Shown here in pieces: positions 18,303 through 26,432 of a stretch of 64,000 nt of DNA. The stretch covers positions 1 to 64,000 of the IMG/VR virus record IMGVR_UViG_3300048592_000244. The stretch is one strand, 5' to 3'. The notes below the pieces were generated by a model, which saw nothing but the letters and a program-made list of their open reading frames with translations, did no database searches and was not told the DNA's origin. Both the position numbers and the translations under genes were made by a program. The DNA comes from a virus. Position 1 is the first letter of the stretch. Each line of letters starts with the position of its first letter.

Positions 18303-18333
18303 CGTATTCTGCGGAAATTCAGGAGAGACCGAC

Positions 18334-18702
18334 ATGGCACAGAAGCAGTATCTGACGATGGATGTGAGGCCGACCGAATTTCCGCCTCTGCCACACAACT
18401 ACAAGAAGGTCAAGGAGCCGCTGCGTGATCTCGTCCACGTACAGCTTGACCGGGCACCGGATGTCGTGGCCACGCCGCACGGGGACATCATGCTGCGTGG
18501 CAGCTACAAGGCTGAATGCGCTGTCTGTCAGGCGCTGGTGTTGGCCATCGGCCCCAAGGCTCAGGGCGACATCGAAGTAGGTCAGACGGTGCTGATCGCA
18601 CAGCACGCTGGCAGCGACAATCAGGGCAGTGTTCGTACAGACGGCACCATGCTCATTCAACGCCAGCATGTGCTGGCCGTGGTTGAGCAGGACGATTCGT
18701 AG
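18334..18702 (+). CDS. groES: GroES/Cpn10-like co-chaperonin
   Basis: EPLRDLVHVQ...TPHGDIML...VLAIGP...IEVGQTVLIAQHAG...DGTMLIQRQHVLAVVE follows the GroES pattern. Confidence 0.75.
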   Translation: MAQKQYLTMDVRPTEFPPLPHNYKKVKEPLRDLVHVQLDRAPDVVATPHGDIMLRGSYKAECAVCQALVLAIGPKAQGDIEVGQTVLIAQHAGSDNQGSVRTDGTMLIQRQHVLAVVEQDDS

Positions 18703-18721
18703 ATAGAGCAGGAGACCAACT

Positions 18722-19060
18722 ATGCCTCAGCCAAAATACGTCTACGTCATTGATAAGATCGGTGTGAACATCGACCTCGGTGCCGTCCCGCAGGATTACT
18801 ATTTCCGAGCCCTCTCCATCGACGGTGGATTCTGGGCATTCGGTAACGGCATCAATGCAGCGGCAGGAGATTTTGCCCCGGCGTTCGTAGCCCTTGGTGC
18901 GCAGAAATTGCGTGGCACTGGCGAGCGCACCGGCGACCCCGGTGACGAGCGCATCGAAAAGGTCACGTCGGTAGCAGGTGACATTCTCGGCCTGCGCCTT
19001 CCAGCGGACTACTACCGAGACACGGTGTGTATCGAAATCTGGGCCGACAAGCCGTGGTAG
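18722..19060 (+). CDS. hypothetical protein (possibly virion-associated)
   Basis: AGGAG RBS; preceded by CGTAGATA box. Confidence 0.7.
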   Translation: MPQPKYVYVIDKIGVNIDLGAVPQDYYFRALSIDGGFWAFGNGINAAAGDFAPAFVALGAQKLRGTGERTGDPGDERIEKVTSVAGDILGLRLPADYYRDTVCIEIWADKPW

Positions 19061-19320
19061 ATGACGACTTCACACTGCCCGAGAATGATGGCCTGAACGT
19101 CAACCGCCTTGTGCGTCGTGACGTTCAGGTCGGCGTCAATCCAGATACCTTGCTCGCCACAGTGGTCAACGACTACAAGCTGGCTTACGGCCTTACCGGC
19201 GAAGATGCGCTGGAGGCCGCCGTGGTGAAGAAATTTCGCAGGGAAGGCAACGCGTCTGGCGAGTGGGTTGTCTACTACCGGATCACCGGCACGCTGGCCG
19301 TAGTGCCACCTTCAAGCTAA
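19054..19320 (+). CDS. hypothetical protein
   Basis: ORF 19027..19320; GTG at 19054 overlaps the upstream stop region. Confidence 0.55.
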   Translation: MVDDDFTLPENDGLNVNRLVRRDVQVGVNPDTLLATVVNDYKLAYGLTGEDALEAAVVKKFRREGNASGEWVVYYRITGTLAVVPPSS

Positions 19321-19363
19321 AAAACCCTTCAAGTTCAGGCTCTCCATTGTCGATAATAAGGCG

Positions 19364-19693
19364 ATGAGAGAGCCTGTCTTCATTGAGTGCAAGGGTTGCT
19401 GGAAATTGGCTGTGTTGGGCTTTTCTAATCGTGAGGGCAAGGAAGTCGTCACGGACAAGGAAGGCAACGTCAAGGCCATCGTCCAGAAGCCGCTGCCAGC
19501 CCACGATACAGAGGTGTGCTCTGTGTGTGGCGCGGAGTATGAATTTCCGCCATTGGATGAACGCCGACCAGATGAAGACGAGGAGTTCGTCTTCGTGTCG
19601 TACAGGTATGGACCGCCAAGCTGGCCGGAGAACGCTGAGGAAAATCTATGCTTACATCAGAAGAACTACAGGGAATCATCCAGTCGTTGGTAG
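19364..19693 (+). CDS. zinc-ribbon protein
   Basis: CKGC...CSVC. Confidence 0.6.
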   Translation: MREPVFIECKGCWKLAVLGFSNREGKEVVTDKEGNVKAIVQKPLPAHDTEVCSVCGAEYEFPPLDERRPDEDEEFVFVSYRYGPPSWPENAEENLCLHQKNYRESSSRW

Positions 19694-20082
19694 ATGACTG
19701 GAGGAAAAGTTACCCGACCCCCGCGTTTTTTCTTTATTGGCTGGACAAGCTGCACACAGAACGTGGCGGTGGAGTCGGTCTATGCGGGAAATTCATGCTC
19801 GCCGTGTTGCCGTCGCCGGAATGGGAGCAGTGGTTTGTAGCGACTGCCATGTTCATCGCTCGCAACGCATGGGGCGACCCGGCGTGCAACGAGGAGATGC
19901 AGAAGCTCCACTATGAGTTGGCTCGTGAGGAGACGACCATCGCAAACCAGTGGATGCACGAACGAGATCATCGGCTGCTGGCATTGATGAAGCAATACTG
20001 GTTCCCGAACTGGAACCCGCCAGCAGGGCAGGCTCATTATTTCCCCACGAAGGGGATTTCACCAACAGCAGGGGTTAGATAA
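19648..20082 (+). CDS. hypothetical protein
   Basis: GAGG RBS, 144 aa. Confidence 0.65.
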   Translation: MLTSEELQGIIQSLVDDWRKSYPTPAFFLYWLDKLHTERGGGVGLCGKFMLAVLPSPEWEQWFVATAMFIARNAWGDPACNEEMQKLHYELAREETTIANQWMHERDHRLLALMKQYWFPNWNPPAGQAHYFPTKGISPTAGVR

Positions 20083-20093
20083 AAGGGGACGAC

Positions 20094-20357
20094 ATGCAGA
20101 ACATCATCGACAGCTATGACGTAGACAAGGCTTCCGACGCCTTCATGGATCATCTGTACGCCAAGGGGGAGCCGGGCTCGTTTTTCAAGGACGCTGATGG
20201 CAAGCGGTGGAAGTACCTTGCCAAAACCACTGAGGACATCACAGGCAATGATGTCTATGTCGCATCGCACGGGGACTTCGGTATCGTGATGACACTGCAC
20301 GATCTCGGCAACGGCAAGGTCCGTGCGGAAACTGAACTCAAACGCCGCGAAGACTAA
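20094..20357 (+). CDS. hypothetical protein
   Basis: AAGGGGACGAC-ATG start. Confidence 0.7.
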   Translation: MQNIIDSYDVDKASDAFMDHLYAKGEPGSFFKDADGKRWKYLAKTTEDITGNDVYVASHGDFGIVMTLHDLGNGKVRAETELKRRED

Positions 20358-20374
20358 ACAGGAGAACAGAAGTT

Positions 20375-20824
20375 ATGACCGACGCACCGAAGACCGTCAT
20401 CCAGCATGACGGCGACGAACTTGCCAAGGCCGCTGCTGCTGAAAAAGAGCGGCAGGCAAAAATGGGCCACGGCGACGATGGCAACCTGATGATTCTTGAG
20501 ATGGATCAGAACAGCGGAGCCCAGACACTGATCTCGGCACCGAACCTGTCCATCCCCATCAAGAACCCGGACGACACGCAGGCTACCGACCCGGAGACAG
20601 GCGAGCCACTGTATCAGTGGCAGGCGTTGATCTTCCCGCATCGTGCGCAGGCTGAGGAGTGGGTGAAGGAGAGGGGTGAAAAAGGATTTTCCTACCTCAT
20701 CCTGCAAGCTGTCCACGCCATGCAGGGCGACCGCAGCACGGAAGAACTACTGGCGCAGGCGGAGTCCGATGCAGAAGCCATGCAGGAAGCTGTCCGCCAA
20801 GATCAGGAGGACAGACAGGCATGA
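20375..20824 (+). CDS. hypothetical protein
   Basis: AGGAG RBS, 149 aa. Confidence 0.7.
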   Translation: MTDAPKTVIQHDGDELAKAAAAEKERQAKMGHGDDGNLMILEMDQNSGAQTLISAPNLSIPIKNPDDTQATDPETGEPLYQWQALIFPHRAQAEEWVKERGEKGFSYLILQAVHAMQGDRSTEELLAQAESDAEAMQEAVRQDQEDRQA

Positions 20825-21204
20825 TTTACGCGCCGAGCGAGGGGCAGACGCCAGAAGAATTTCTGGCAGAGCTTGCCAAGCATCCTGATTTCGAGGGGAA
20901 ATTCACCACTCACCCTCTGCTCATAGAAGCAGCGGCCACGGTGAGTGGTGCCCGCGAGAAGGAGTACGGCGACAAGTTCGACAACTTCCAAGACATCAGT
21001 GAATTTTGGACGACCTATCTACGGCTCAAGCTCAGGCCGGGGGCGAAGATCGACAGACTCGACGTCGCTTTGATGCAGGACTTGACCAAGACAGCCCGGA
21101 TGATGAAGACACCTGCTCACCCGGATTCCCGCAAGGACAAGGTGGGGTACGTCATCTGTTTTGATGACATCATCAAACGCATGATTGAGGAAAACCTGTT
21201 ATGA
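20821..21204 (+). CDS. DUF6378-like phage protein
   Basis: EAAATVSGAREKEYG...NFQDISEFWTTYL...DVALMQDLTKTARM...HPDSRKDKVGY. Confidence 0.75.
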   Translation: MIYAPSEGQTPEEFLAELAKHPDFEGKFTTHPLLIEAAATVSGAREKEYGDKFDNFQDISEFWTTYLRLKLRPGAKIDRLDVALMQDLTKTARMMKTPAHPDSRKDKVGYVICFDDIIKRMIEENLL

Positions 21205-21359
21205 CCGACGAATCCAAGGAAGCCAGAACCCTGAGCAGGAAATTCACTAACGCTGCCATCAGCCTGATGCTGCTGTGGGTCGGCACCTTCTTCTGTGGCG
21301 TGGCCGTCATCGTCCTCATCCGGGCATGGATGTGGATATGGCAGAACACGGAGCTTTAG
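21201..21359 (+). CDS. small membrane protein (52 aa, not in ORF track)
   Basis: MTDESKEARTLSRKFTNAAISLMLLWVGTFFCGVAVIVLIRAWMWIWQNTEL; fills the gap exactly, GAGG RBS. Confidence 0.65.
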   Translation: MTDESKEARTLSRKFTNAAISLMLLWVGTFFCGVAVIVLIRAWMWIWQNTEL

Positions 21360-21716
21360 ATGGCCGAGGAAAAAGGCCCGATGCCACAGGAGAACGAGTA
21401 CGCTACGTTGGAGTGCCTGATTCGCAGCGCCGTCAGCCGTAGCCACGATTCAGTGGACTATGTAATGGTGGCGCTGGCTTCGTTCAGGGGAGCAGAAAAG
21501 TACAGCTTCGAGCAGGCCCTGAAATGCGCTGAAACCCTGTACCTTGAGTCCTACACGGCATGGACTGCCGAGAAGAACGACAAAGCTACCTACAGGGAAC
21601 TCCACGAGAAGGCCAAGGCTATCAGGGATAAGCTGCTGGAGGTGAAAAAGCTGCTAGACGAGCTTGAATGTGAGGGGGATAGGCTCCTACAATTCGTTCA
21701 CGCCCTTCGGACGTAG
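21360..21716 (+). CDS. hypothetical protein
   Basis: GGAG RBS, 118 aa. Confidence 0.65.
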   Translation: MAEEKGPMPQENEYATLECLIRSAVSRSHDSVDYVMVALASFRGAEKYSFEQALKCAETLYLESYTAWTAEKNDKATYRELHEKAKAIRDKLLEVKKLLDELECEGDRLLQFVHALRT

Positions 21717-21755
21717 ATAAACCAGAACAGGATTTTTTTCTAAGGAGAACACACG

Positions 21756-22439
21756 ATGTCGCTACCCGCAATCGCCGCGCTCATGCGTGCATCCTCGTAC
21801 CCGAACGTAGCCAACGCGGGTGCGCGGTTTTTCGAGGGCCTCACCGCCCTGTTGGCATCCGGCGCGAATGACGCGCTGGACACTGAACTCAAAGCCGTGC
21901 TGGACGAATCCGGGGCGCAGGTGTTCCCCAACGGGACAGCCACCACAGAAGCCGCCGCGCAGGAAATCTTCGAGGAGCGTCCGCAGTTCCTTGAGGAGTT
22001 CGGCACCATCGTCACTCGCTACCTGAGCGACGGCGCTGCTGGCGGCTCAGGCACCAGCGAACTTCGCGTTCGCCTGACGGCCAAAGACCTGCGTGACGCC
22101 GGTGCCACCACGTCGCTCACCGTGGCTCTCGGCAACCAGCTTGCCAAGGCCCGTGCGACTCGCGCCTACGTCCTCAACCTCGGCATCGCACTCACCGGGT
22201 TGGTGTCGCTGGTAGCGAAGGTCGGCCACATCGGCAACGACGACAGCCTGCTGGTGGACGCCACGGTGTTCGCGGCCAACGCCGCCAACGAGACCGCGCC
22301 GGTCACGCCGGTCACGAGTTACATAGCGGACACCATTCTGGAAGCCATCTTCACAGCCGGTGCGAACTTCGACCTGCTGGATGCTGGCATCCTCGACGAC
22401 ACCGAAGTGCTGGAAATTGTCGTCGAAATGACGAACTAA
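21756..22439 (+). CDS. putative virion decoration protein, paralog family member 1
   Basis: Shared N-terminal SxYPxV...LDTxLKA...PxG...FExRPQ domain; Ala/Thr/Val-rich C-domain; CGTAGATA upstream. Confidence 0.7.
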   Translation: MSLPAIAALMRASSYPNVANAGARFFEGLTALLASGANDALDTELKAVLDESGAQVFPNGTATTEAAAQEIFEERPQFLEEFGTIVTRYLSDGAAGGSGTSELRVRLTAKDLRDAGATTSLTVALGNQLAKARATRAYVLNLGIALTGLVSLVAKVGHIGNDDSLLVDATVFAANAANETAPVTPVTSYIADTILEAIFTAGANFDLLDAGILDDTEVLEIVVEMTN

Positions 22440-22465
22440 GTCTTTCGACTGAGAGTGAGTGAAAA

Positions 22466-22491
22466 TGGGGCGGCGAATTTCCGCCGCCCCA
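22466..22491 (+). terminator. GC-rich stem-loop (possible terminator or processing site)
   Basis: TGGGGCGGCG/CGCCGCCCCA with AATTTC loop; no clear U-tract. Confidence 0.5.
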
Positions 22492-22512
22492 CTTCGATAA
22501 GGGAGAGCATCA

Positions 22513-23142
22513 ATGTCATTCGCCCAGAGCCCATACCCGGAAGTTGTCAATCTTGGCCTGCGGATTGAGCGCATCCGCACTCAGCTTCTGTTGGCCGGTT
22601 GGGACATGACGACGTTGGACACATCCCTCAAGGCTCTGCGCGACGACAATGGTGGCGTGCCTCTGCCGAACGGGGCAACTGAGACGGCCTCTGTGATGAG
22701 GGCCGTATTCGAGCTTCGCCCGCAGATCATGCGACAGGCGCACAGCCTGTATGAGCGCGAATACAAGAAGCTGGCACCGACTCAGCCAGCCGCTCCACCA
22801 CAGACGGCGACGTTCGAGTTCACGGCGGACTTGTTTTTCTTCGACCACGGCTTCCAGAATGGTGCCCAGAATATCCCGGTGCGTGTATTGACCGACGACT
22901 TGCAACCGCTGGCCGTGGAAACCGAGATAGACGCAATAGATGTTGGTACAGGCACATGCCCGACACCGGGGGGTTACACGTTCGCCTCGCCGCAGACTTT
23001 GATATTTCCAGCCGGTGTAGCACACAACAGTACGCAAAACGCAGTCATCGAAATTGTGGCATTCGGTAGTACAGGTACAGTTGATCTGCAACTTGACAAT
23101 GGGGACACGACCACGGTGGACATCCAAGCCGGGGCGAACTAA
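22513..23142 (+). CDS. putative virion decoration protein, paralog member 2, with Calx-beta/Ig-like C-domain
   Basis: Shared N-domain, PTQPAAPP linker, beta-rich C-domain with QTLIFPAG...QNAVIEIV. Confidence 0.7.
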   Translation: MSFAQSPYPEVVNLGLRIERIRTQLLLAGWDMTTLDTSLKALRDDNGGVPLPNGATETASVMRAVFELRPQIMRQAHSLYEREYKKLAPTQPAAPPQTATFEFTADLFFFDHGFQNGAQNIPVRVLTDDLQPLAVETEIDAIDVGTGTCPTPGGYTFASPQTLIFPAGVAHNSTQNAVIEIVAFGSTGTVDLQLDNGDTTTVDIQAGAN

Positions 23143-23178
23143 ACAGGAAATTAGCGCAATCACGCGCAGGAGGAAAAT

Positions 23179-23457
23179 ATGGCGATCATCGACAGTCCTT
23201 ACCCGCGTGTGGCAGACGTCGGCCCACGCATCCTTGAGATCAGAACGCAGTTGAACATCGGGCCGTGGAATACCGGGCCGCTGGACACTGCGCTCAAGGC
23301 CCTGACCGACGACAACGGAAATCAAGTTCTGCCGGACGGTCACACGACCAGCGAGGATGCTTTCCAGCAGGCATTCGAGACTCGCCCGCAGGTGATGGAA
23401 GATTGCCTTCGCCTGTACGAGAACGAGTTCAAGCAGTTCGCAGTCACCGTTCCGTAA
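23179..23457 (+). CDS. paralog member 3 (N-domain only)
   Basis: DSPYPRV...LDTALKALTDDNG...PDG...FETRPQ. Confidence 0.75.
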   Translation: MAIIDSPYPRVADVGPRILEIRTQLNIGPWNTGPLDTALKALTDDNGNQVLPDGHTTSEDAFQQAFETRPQVMEDCLRLYENEFKQFAVTVP

Positions 23458-23477
23458 ACAGCCCTCAAGTTGTAGAT

Positions 23478-23514
23478 ACAGCCTGCCGATGTACTGGCAG
23501 GCTGTTTTTTTTTT
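23478..23514 (+). terminator. Rho-independent terminator
   Basis: ACAGCCTGCC/GGCAGGCTGT stem and a long T-tract. Confidence 0.85.
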
Positions 23515-23526
23515 CAGGAGACCGAC

Positions 23527-24168
23527 ATGAGAAGTATGGAGTCAATGCTGTTGGAATTTCACCGCTCTTTTGGTGCGACGACCAACGTAGTGCCCACGGT
23601 GCCGAGTAAGAAGGACCGTGGCATGAGGCACTCTATTGTGACCGAGGAATTGCTGGAGACAGAGGAGGCATTGACCGAGGAGAAATTCGATGAATTCGTA
23701 GACGGTCTGATCGACTCCCTCTACGTCCTTGTCGGCACCAACGTCACCTACGGGCTGGAGACAGTCGAGCCCATCTACCGGCTGCCGTCACGAGCGCCGT
23801 CCTTCCCCGATAAGTCAGGCAAGCACCTGATCGCCGGTATGCTCGACGGCATGAGGCGTGTGGCTGGCATCAGCCTTGGTCACGAAGAAGGCACAATGAA
23901 GCCTGAGTGGTTGCCCTCAGTGCAGTTGTGCATGAACAAGCTGATCTCTGACTGCCTGAGCATTCTCTACCTGTGCGGCGTGGACACGATGCACGTCTTT
24001 GCTGAGGTGCATCTGGCCAACATGCGGAAATTGGGACCAGACGGATTGCCTATCAAACGTGACGACGGTAAGGTGATGAAGCCCGAGGGTTGGCAGCCGC
24101 CCGACATCCAGCGTGTGCTGGACGAGCAGACCCGCAGGTTCGACTACCCGCTGCCCGGTGTAGGCTAG
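23527..24168 (+). CDS. MazG-like/PRA-PH family nucleotide pyrophosphohydrolase
   Basis: EFHRSFG, EELLE, DGLIDSLYV, FAEVHLANMRK...RDDGKVMKPEGWQPPDI. Confidence 0.8.
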   Translation: MRSMESMLLEFHRSFGATTNVVPTVPSKKDRGMRHSIVTEELLETEEALTEEKFDEFVDGLIDSLYVLVGTNVTYGLETVEPIYRLPSRAPSFPDKSGKHLIAGMLDGMRRVAGISLGHEEGTMKPEWLPSVQLCMNKLISDCLSILYLCGVDTMHVFAEVHLANMRKLGPDGLPIKRDDGKVMKPEGWQPPDIQRVLDEQTRRFDYPLPGVG

Positions 24169-24180
24169 GGAGAGACCGAC

Positions 24181-24648
24181 ATGCAGAGCAAGTTCGACAT
24201 CATCGCCGATCTGGGGAATTTCCGTTTCAGTGTCCAGTGCTTGAAGTGCGGACACGACTTCACCCACAGGTCGGGGCAGGAAAATTCCTTCACCATCAGC
24301 GAGGGCAAGACGACGCCTGTCTGCCCGATCTGTGGTGCCAAGGACGACGGCGCTGCTGACGACAAGCAGGAGGTGTTGTCGAACACAGAAGCTCTGGCAG
24401 CATTCGGCATCACGCTGGTGGAAAACATCGAGCCCAACCAAGAGCCGTGGAAGGTCTACGACAGCAAGATGCGTGAGTCGATGTCACGCAGGCAGGACGA
24501 GTGCATCGCTGAGGGCAAGCGATGGATCGAGCAGGACATCAGCAGCAATGACTACGACGGCACTCTGAACGAAAAGCAGATCGCCGCCATCAAGTACCTT
24601 TTCCCGGTGAAGGGTCCAGAGCTTCTGGCCTTCTGCCGGGCTAAATAG
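24181..24648 (+). CDS. zinc-ribbon protein
   Basis: CLKC...CPIC. Confidence 0.7.
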   Translation: MQSKFDIIADLGNFRFSVQCLKCGHDFTHRSGQENSFTISEGKTTPVCPICGAKDDGAADDKQEVLSNTEALAAFGITLVENIEPNQEPWKVYDSKMRESMSRRQDECIAEGKRWIEQDISSNDYDGTLNEKQIAAIKYLFPVKGPELLAFCRAK

Positions 24649-24660
24649 CAGGAGACTGAC

Positions 24661-25011
24661 ATGCCGAAATCCCGTGGGGCCATGATCGCCAAGCTGGACG
24701 ATGTAGAGTGTCTCTACAAGATCGTCATGGCCAGCAAGGTTACGTTCGCCTTCAAGCACGGCACGCTGGTGATCTACCGGGTAGACCCGAACGATCTGGA
24801 GTTCATCATCCGGTACAGGCTGGGTGAAAATAACTTCGAGACCGGGATCACCAACATCAAGATGCTGGAGGGCGATCTGATCGAGTGCAATAACAAGGTG
24901 TATCAGGTCAACAAGATCGTTCGCTGCACGAAGGAAAAGCTGGTGTTCGCAGAGGCCACGTTGTTCTCCGACCGGCTTGAACCGCCGCCATTCAGGGTAG
25001 TAGCTGCATGA
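24661..25011 (+). CDS. hypothetical protein
   Basis: AGGAGACTGAC-ATG start. Confidence 0.7.
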   Translation: MPKSRGAMIAKLDDVECLYKIVMASKVTFAFKHGTLVIYRVDPNDLEFIIRYRLGENNFETGITNIKMLEGDLIECNNKVYQVNKIVRCTKEKLVFAEATLFSDRLEPPPFRVVAA

Positions 25012-25283
25012 TAATGGTGGACATGCTGATGCACCACGGCTGGGAGATGAGAGGCAGGACAGTGATGTCCTGCCATCTTATATGCGACGGCGACCTGAAC
25101 GAACTACACGCCTTCGCAACCAGCATCGGAATGAAGCGGCGTTGGTTTCAGCCGCATGGGGCAGTCCCGCACTACGACCTTGTGGAGTCCAAACGTGAAC
25201 AGGCAGTCGCTGCTGGAGCCATCGAACTCGACCGACGTCAGATCGTTGAATGGATCAGGCGCTGGAGGTGGTGGCGTGGCTAG
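25008..25283 (+). CDS. DUF4031 family protein
   Basis: CHLICD...ELHAFATSIGMKRRWFQ...HYDL...KR..AVAAGA. Confidence 0.8.
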   Translation: MIMVDMLMHHGWEMRGRTVMSCHLICDGDLNELHAFATSIGMKRRWFQPHGAVPHYDLVESKREQAVAAGAIELDRRQIVEWIRRWRWWRG

Positions 25284-25518
25284 GCACCACCTTGCCAAGC
25301 TGACGCCGGAGATTGTGTGGGAAATCCGCGACATCTACAAGATGAACACGCACGACGGGAAAATCAACCAAGGGCTGATGCAGGACTGGCTGGCCCGGAA
25401 ATTCAATCTGCCTGTTGGCACCATCAGGAAGATCATTCACAACACTACTTGGAAGCGCCCTTACGTCGGCATGACGTGGGCTGAGTGGGAAAAGGAAAAT
25501 GGCAGGTCCAGTACATGA
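25276..25518 (+). CDS. small HTH DNA-binding protein
   Basis: AKLTPEIVWEIR...LARKFNLPVGTIRKIIHNTTW; GGAGG before GTG. Confidence 0.65.
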   Translation: MARHHLAKLTPEIVWEIRDIYKMNTHDGKINQGLMQDWLARKFNLPVGTIRKIIHNTTWKRPYVGMTWAEWEKENGRSST

Positions 25519-26047
25519 TTGGCTCTGCCTCCGCGCTTACCACTGGCTCCTGACCTCCGGTGGCTGCCGGTGGGCTCTGCGTGAGACAGGCGAGTCACGC
25601 TATGGAGAGCGCCCTGACGCGCTGGGCTGGCAGACTAACCAGCGGTCCATCCTGATCGAATGCAAGGCTACCAGAGCGGATTTCCACGGCGACAAGAAGA
25701 AGCCTTTCCGTGATCCTGACAAGCCGGGCTTGGGTCTTGGGCAAGACCGCTACTACATGGCCCCACCGGGCGTGCTGACAGCAGACCTGATACCGGAGGC
25801 ATGGGGCTTCATGGAGTGTCACCAGTACAAGATCGTCGTGGTGAAAGAGCCCGTGAAGTACGTGCCCAACAAGGCCGTGTTGTTCAACGAGGTGAAATTG
25901 CTGTTCAACCTGTTTGCCGACACCAGCGGGATTCCCTTCGGCCACAACTACGAGCACAACGACTACGTGGGTCGGATAAACCGGATGCTGGGTGAGGAAA
26001 AGCCTTGGGAGAGGAAATCACGACCGAGGAAGCCGAAATTCCGCTAG
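25499..26047 (+). CDS. PD-(D/E)XK nuclease-like protein (MmcB-like)
   Basis: ERPDALG...ILIECKATRADF..DKKKPFR...GQDRYYMAP. Confidence 0.7.
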   Translation: MAGPVHDWLCLRAYHWLLTSGGCRWALRETGESRYGERPDALGWQTNQRSILIECKATRADFHGDKKKPFRDPDKPGLGLGQDRYYMAPPGVLTADLIPEAWGFMECHQYKIVVVKEPVKYVPNKAVLFNEVKLLFNLFADTSGIPFGHNYEHNDYVGRINRMLGEEKPWERKSRPRKPKFR

Positions 26048-26153
26048 GTCTTGACACGTCAAAAATTTCTGATTTTCAGTGTTTTCCCGCTACCATCTGG
26101 TGCGGGATTTTCGTTGAATGGTGTCAGAAGGTTCTGAGGAAAGGAGGACGCAC

Positions 26154-26330
26154 ATGACTGACAACACGGTTGCAGAGGAAAAGTTGACGGAAAACTTGCT
26201 CATGCTGGAGTCCGACGACTTGCAGGCGGTGGAAGACCGCGCCGCATTCCTCACGGAAATCGGCTGGAAGGAAAGCTCACGCACCTTCAACGCCGGTAAA
26301 GTCCGCGCCATGCTTGAGAAGGCTGCGTAG
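26154..26330 (+). CDS. small hypothetical protein
   Basis: AAGGAGG RBS before ATG 26154. Confidence 0.65.
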   Translation: MTDNTVAEEKLTENLLMLESDDLQAVEDRAAFLTEIGWKESSRTFNAGKVRAMLEKAA

Positions 26331-26356
26331 GACAGGGCGACAATTTCATTGAAAAA

Positions 26357-26390
26357 AAGGCCGCCTTGGGCTAAAGGCGGCCTTCGCTTT
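26357..26390 (+). terminator. stem-loop terminator (possibly bidirectional)
   Basis: AAGGCCGCCTT/AAGGCGGCCTT with upstream A-tract. Confidence 0.65.
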
Positions 26391-26432
26391 TGCCGATAAG
26401 CACACTGCTCGTTTTACTACAAGGGGACCGAC

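Noticed and set aside
26051-26096. TTGACA sigma70-like promoter (also 33363)
   Set aside because: No convincing -10 hexamer at 16-18 bp spacing; not called
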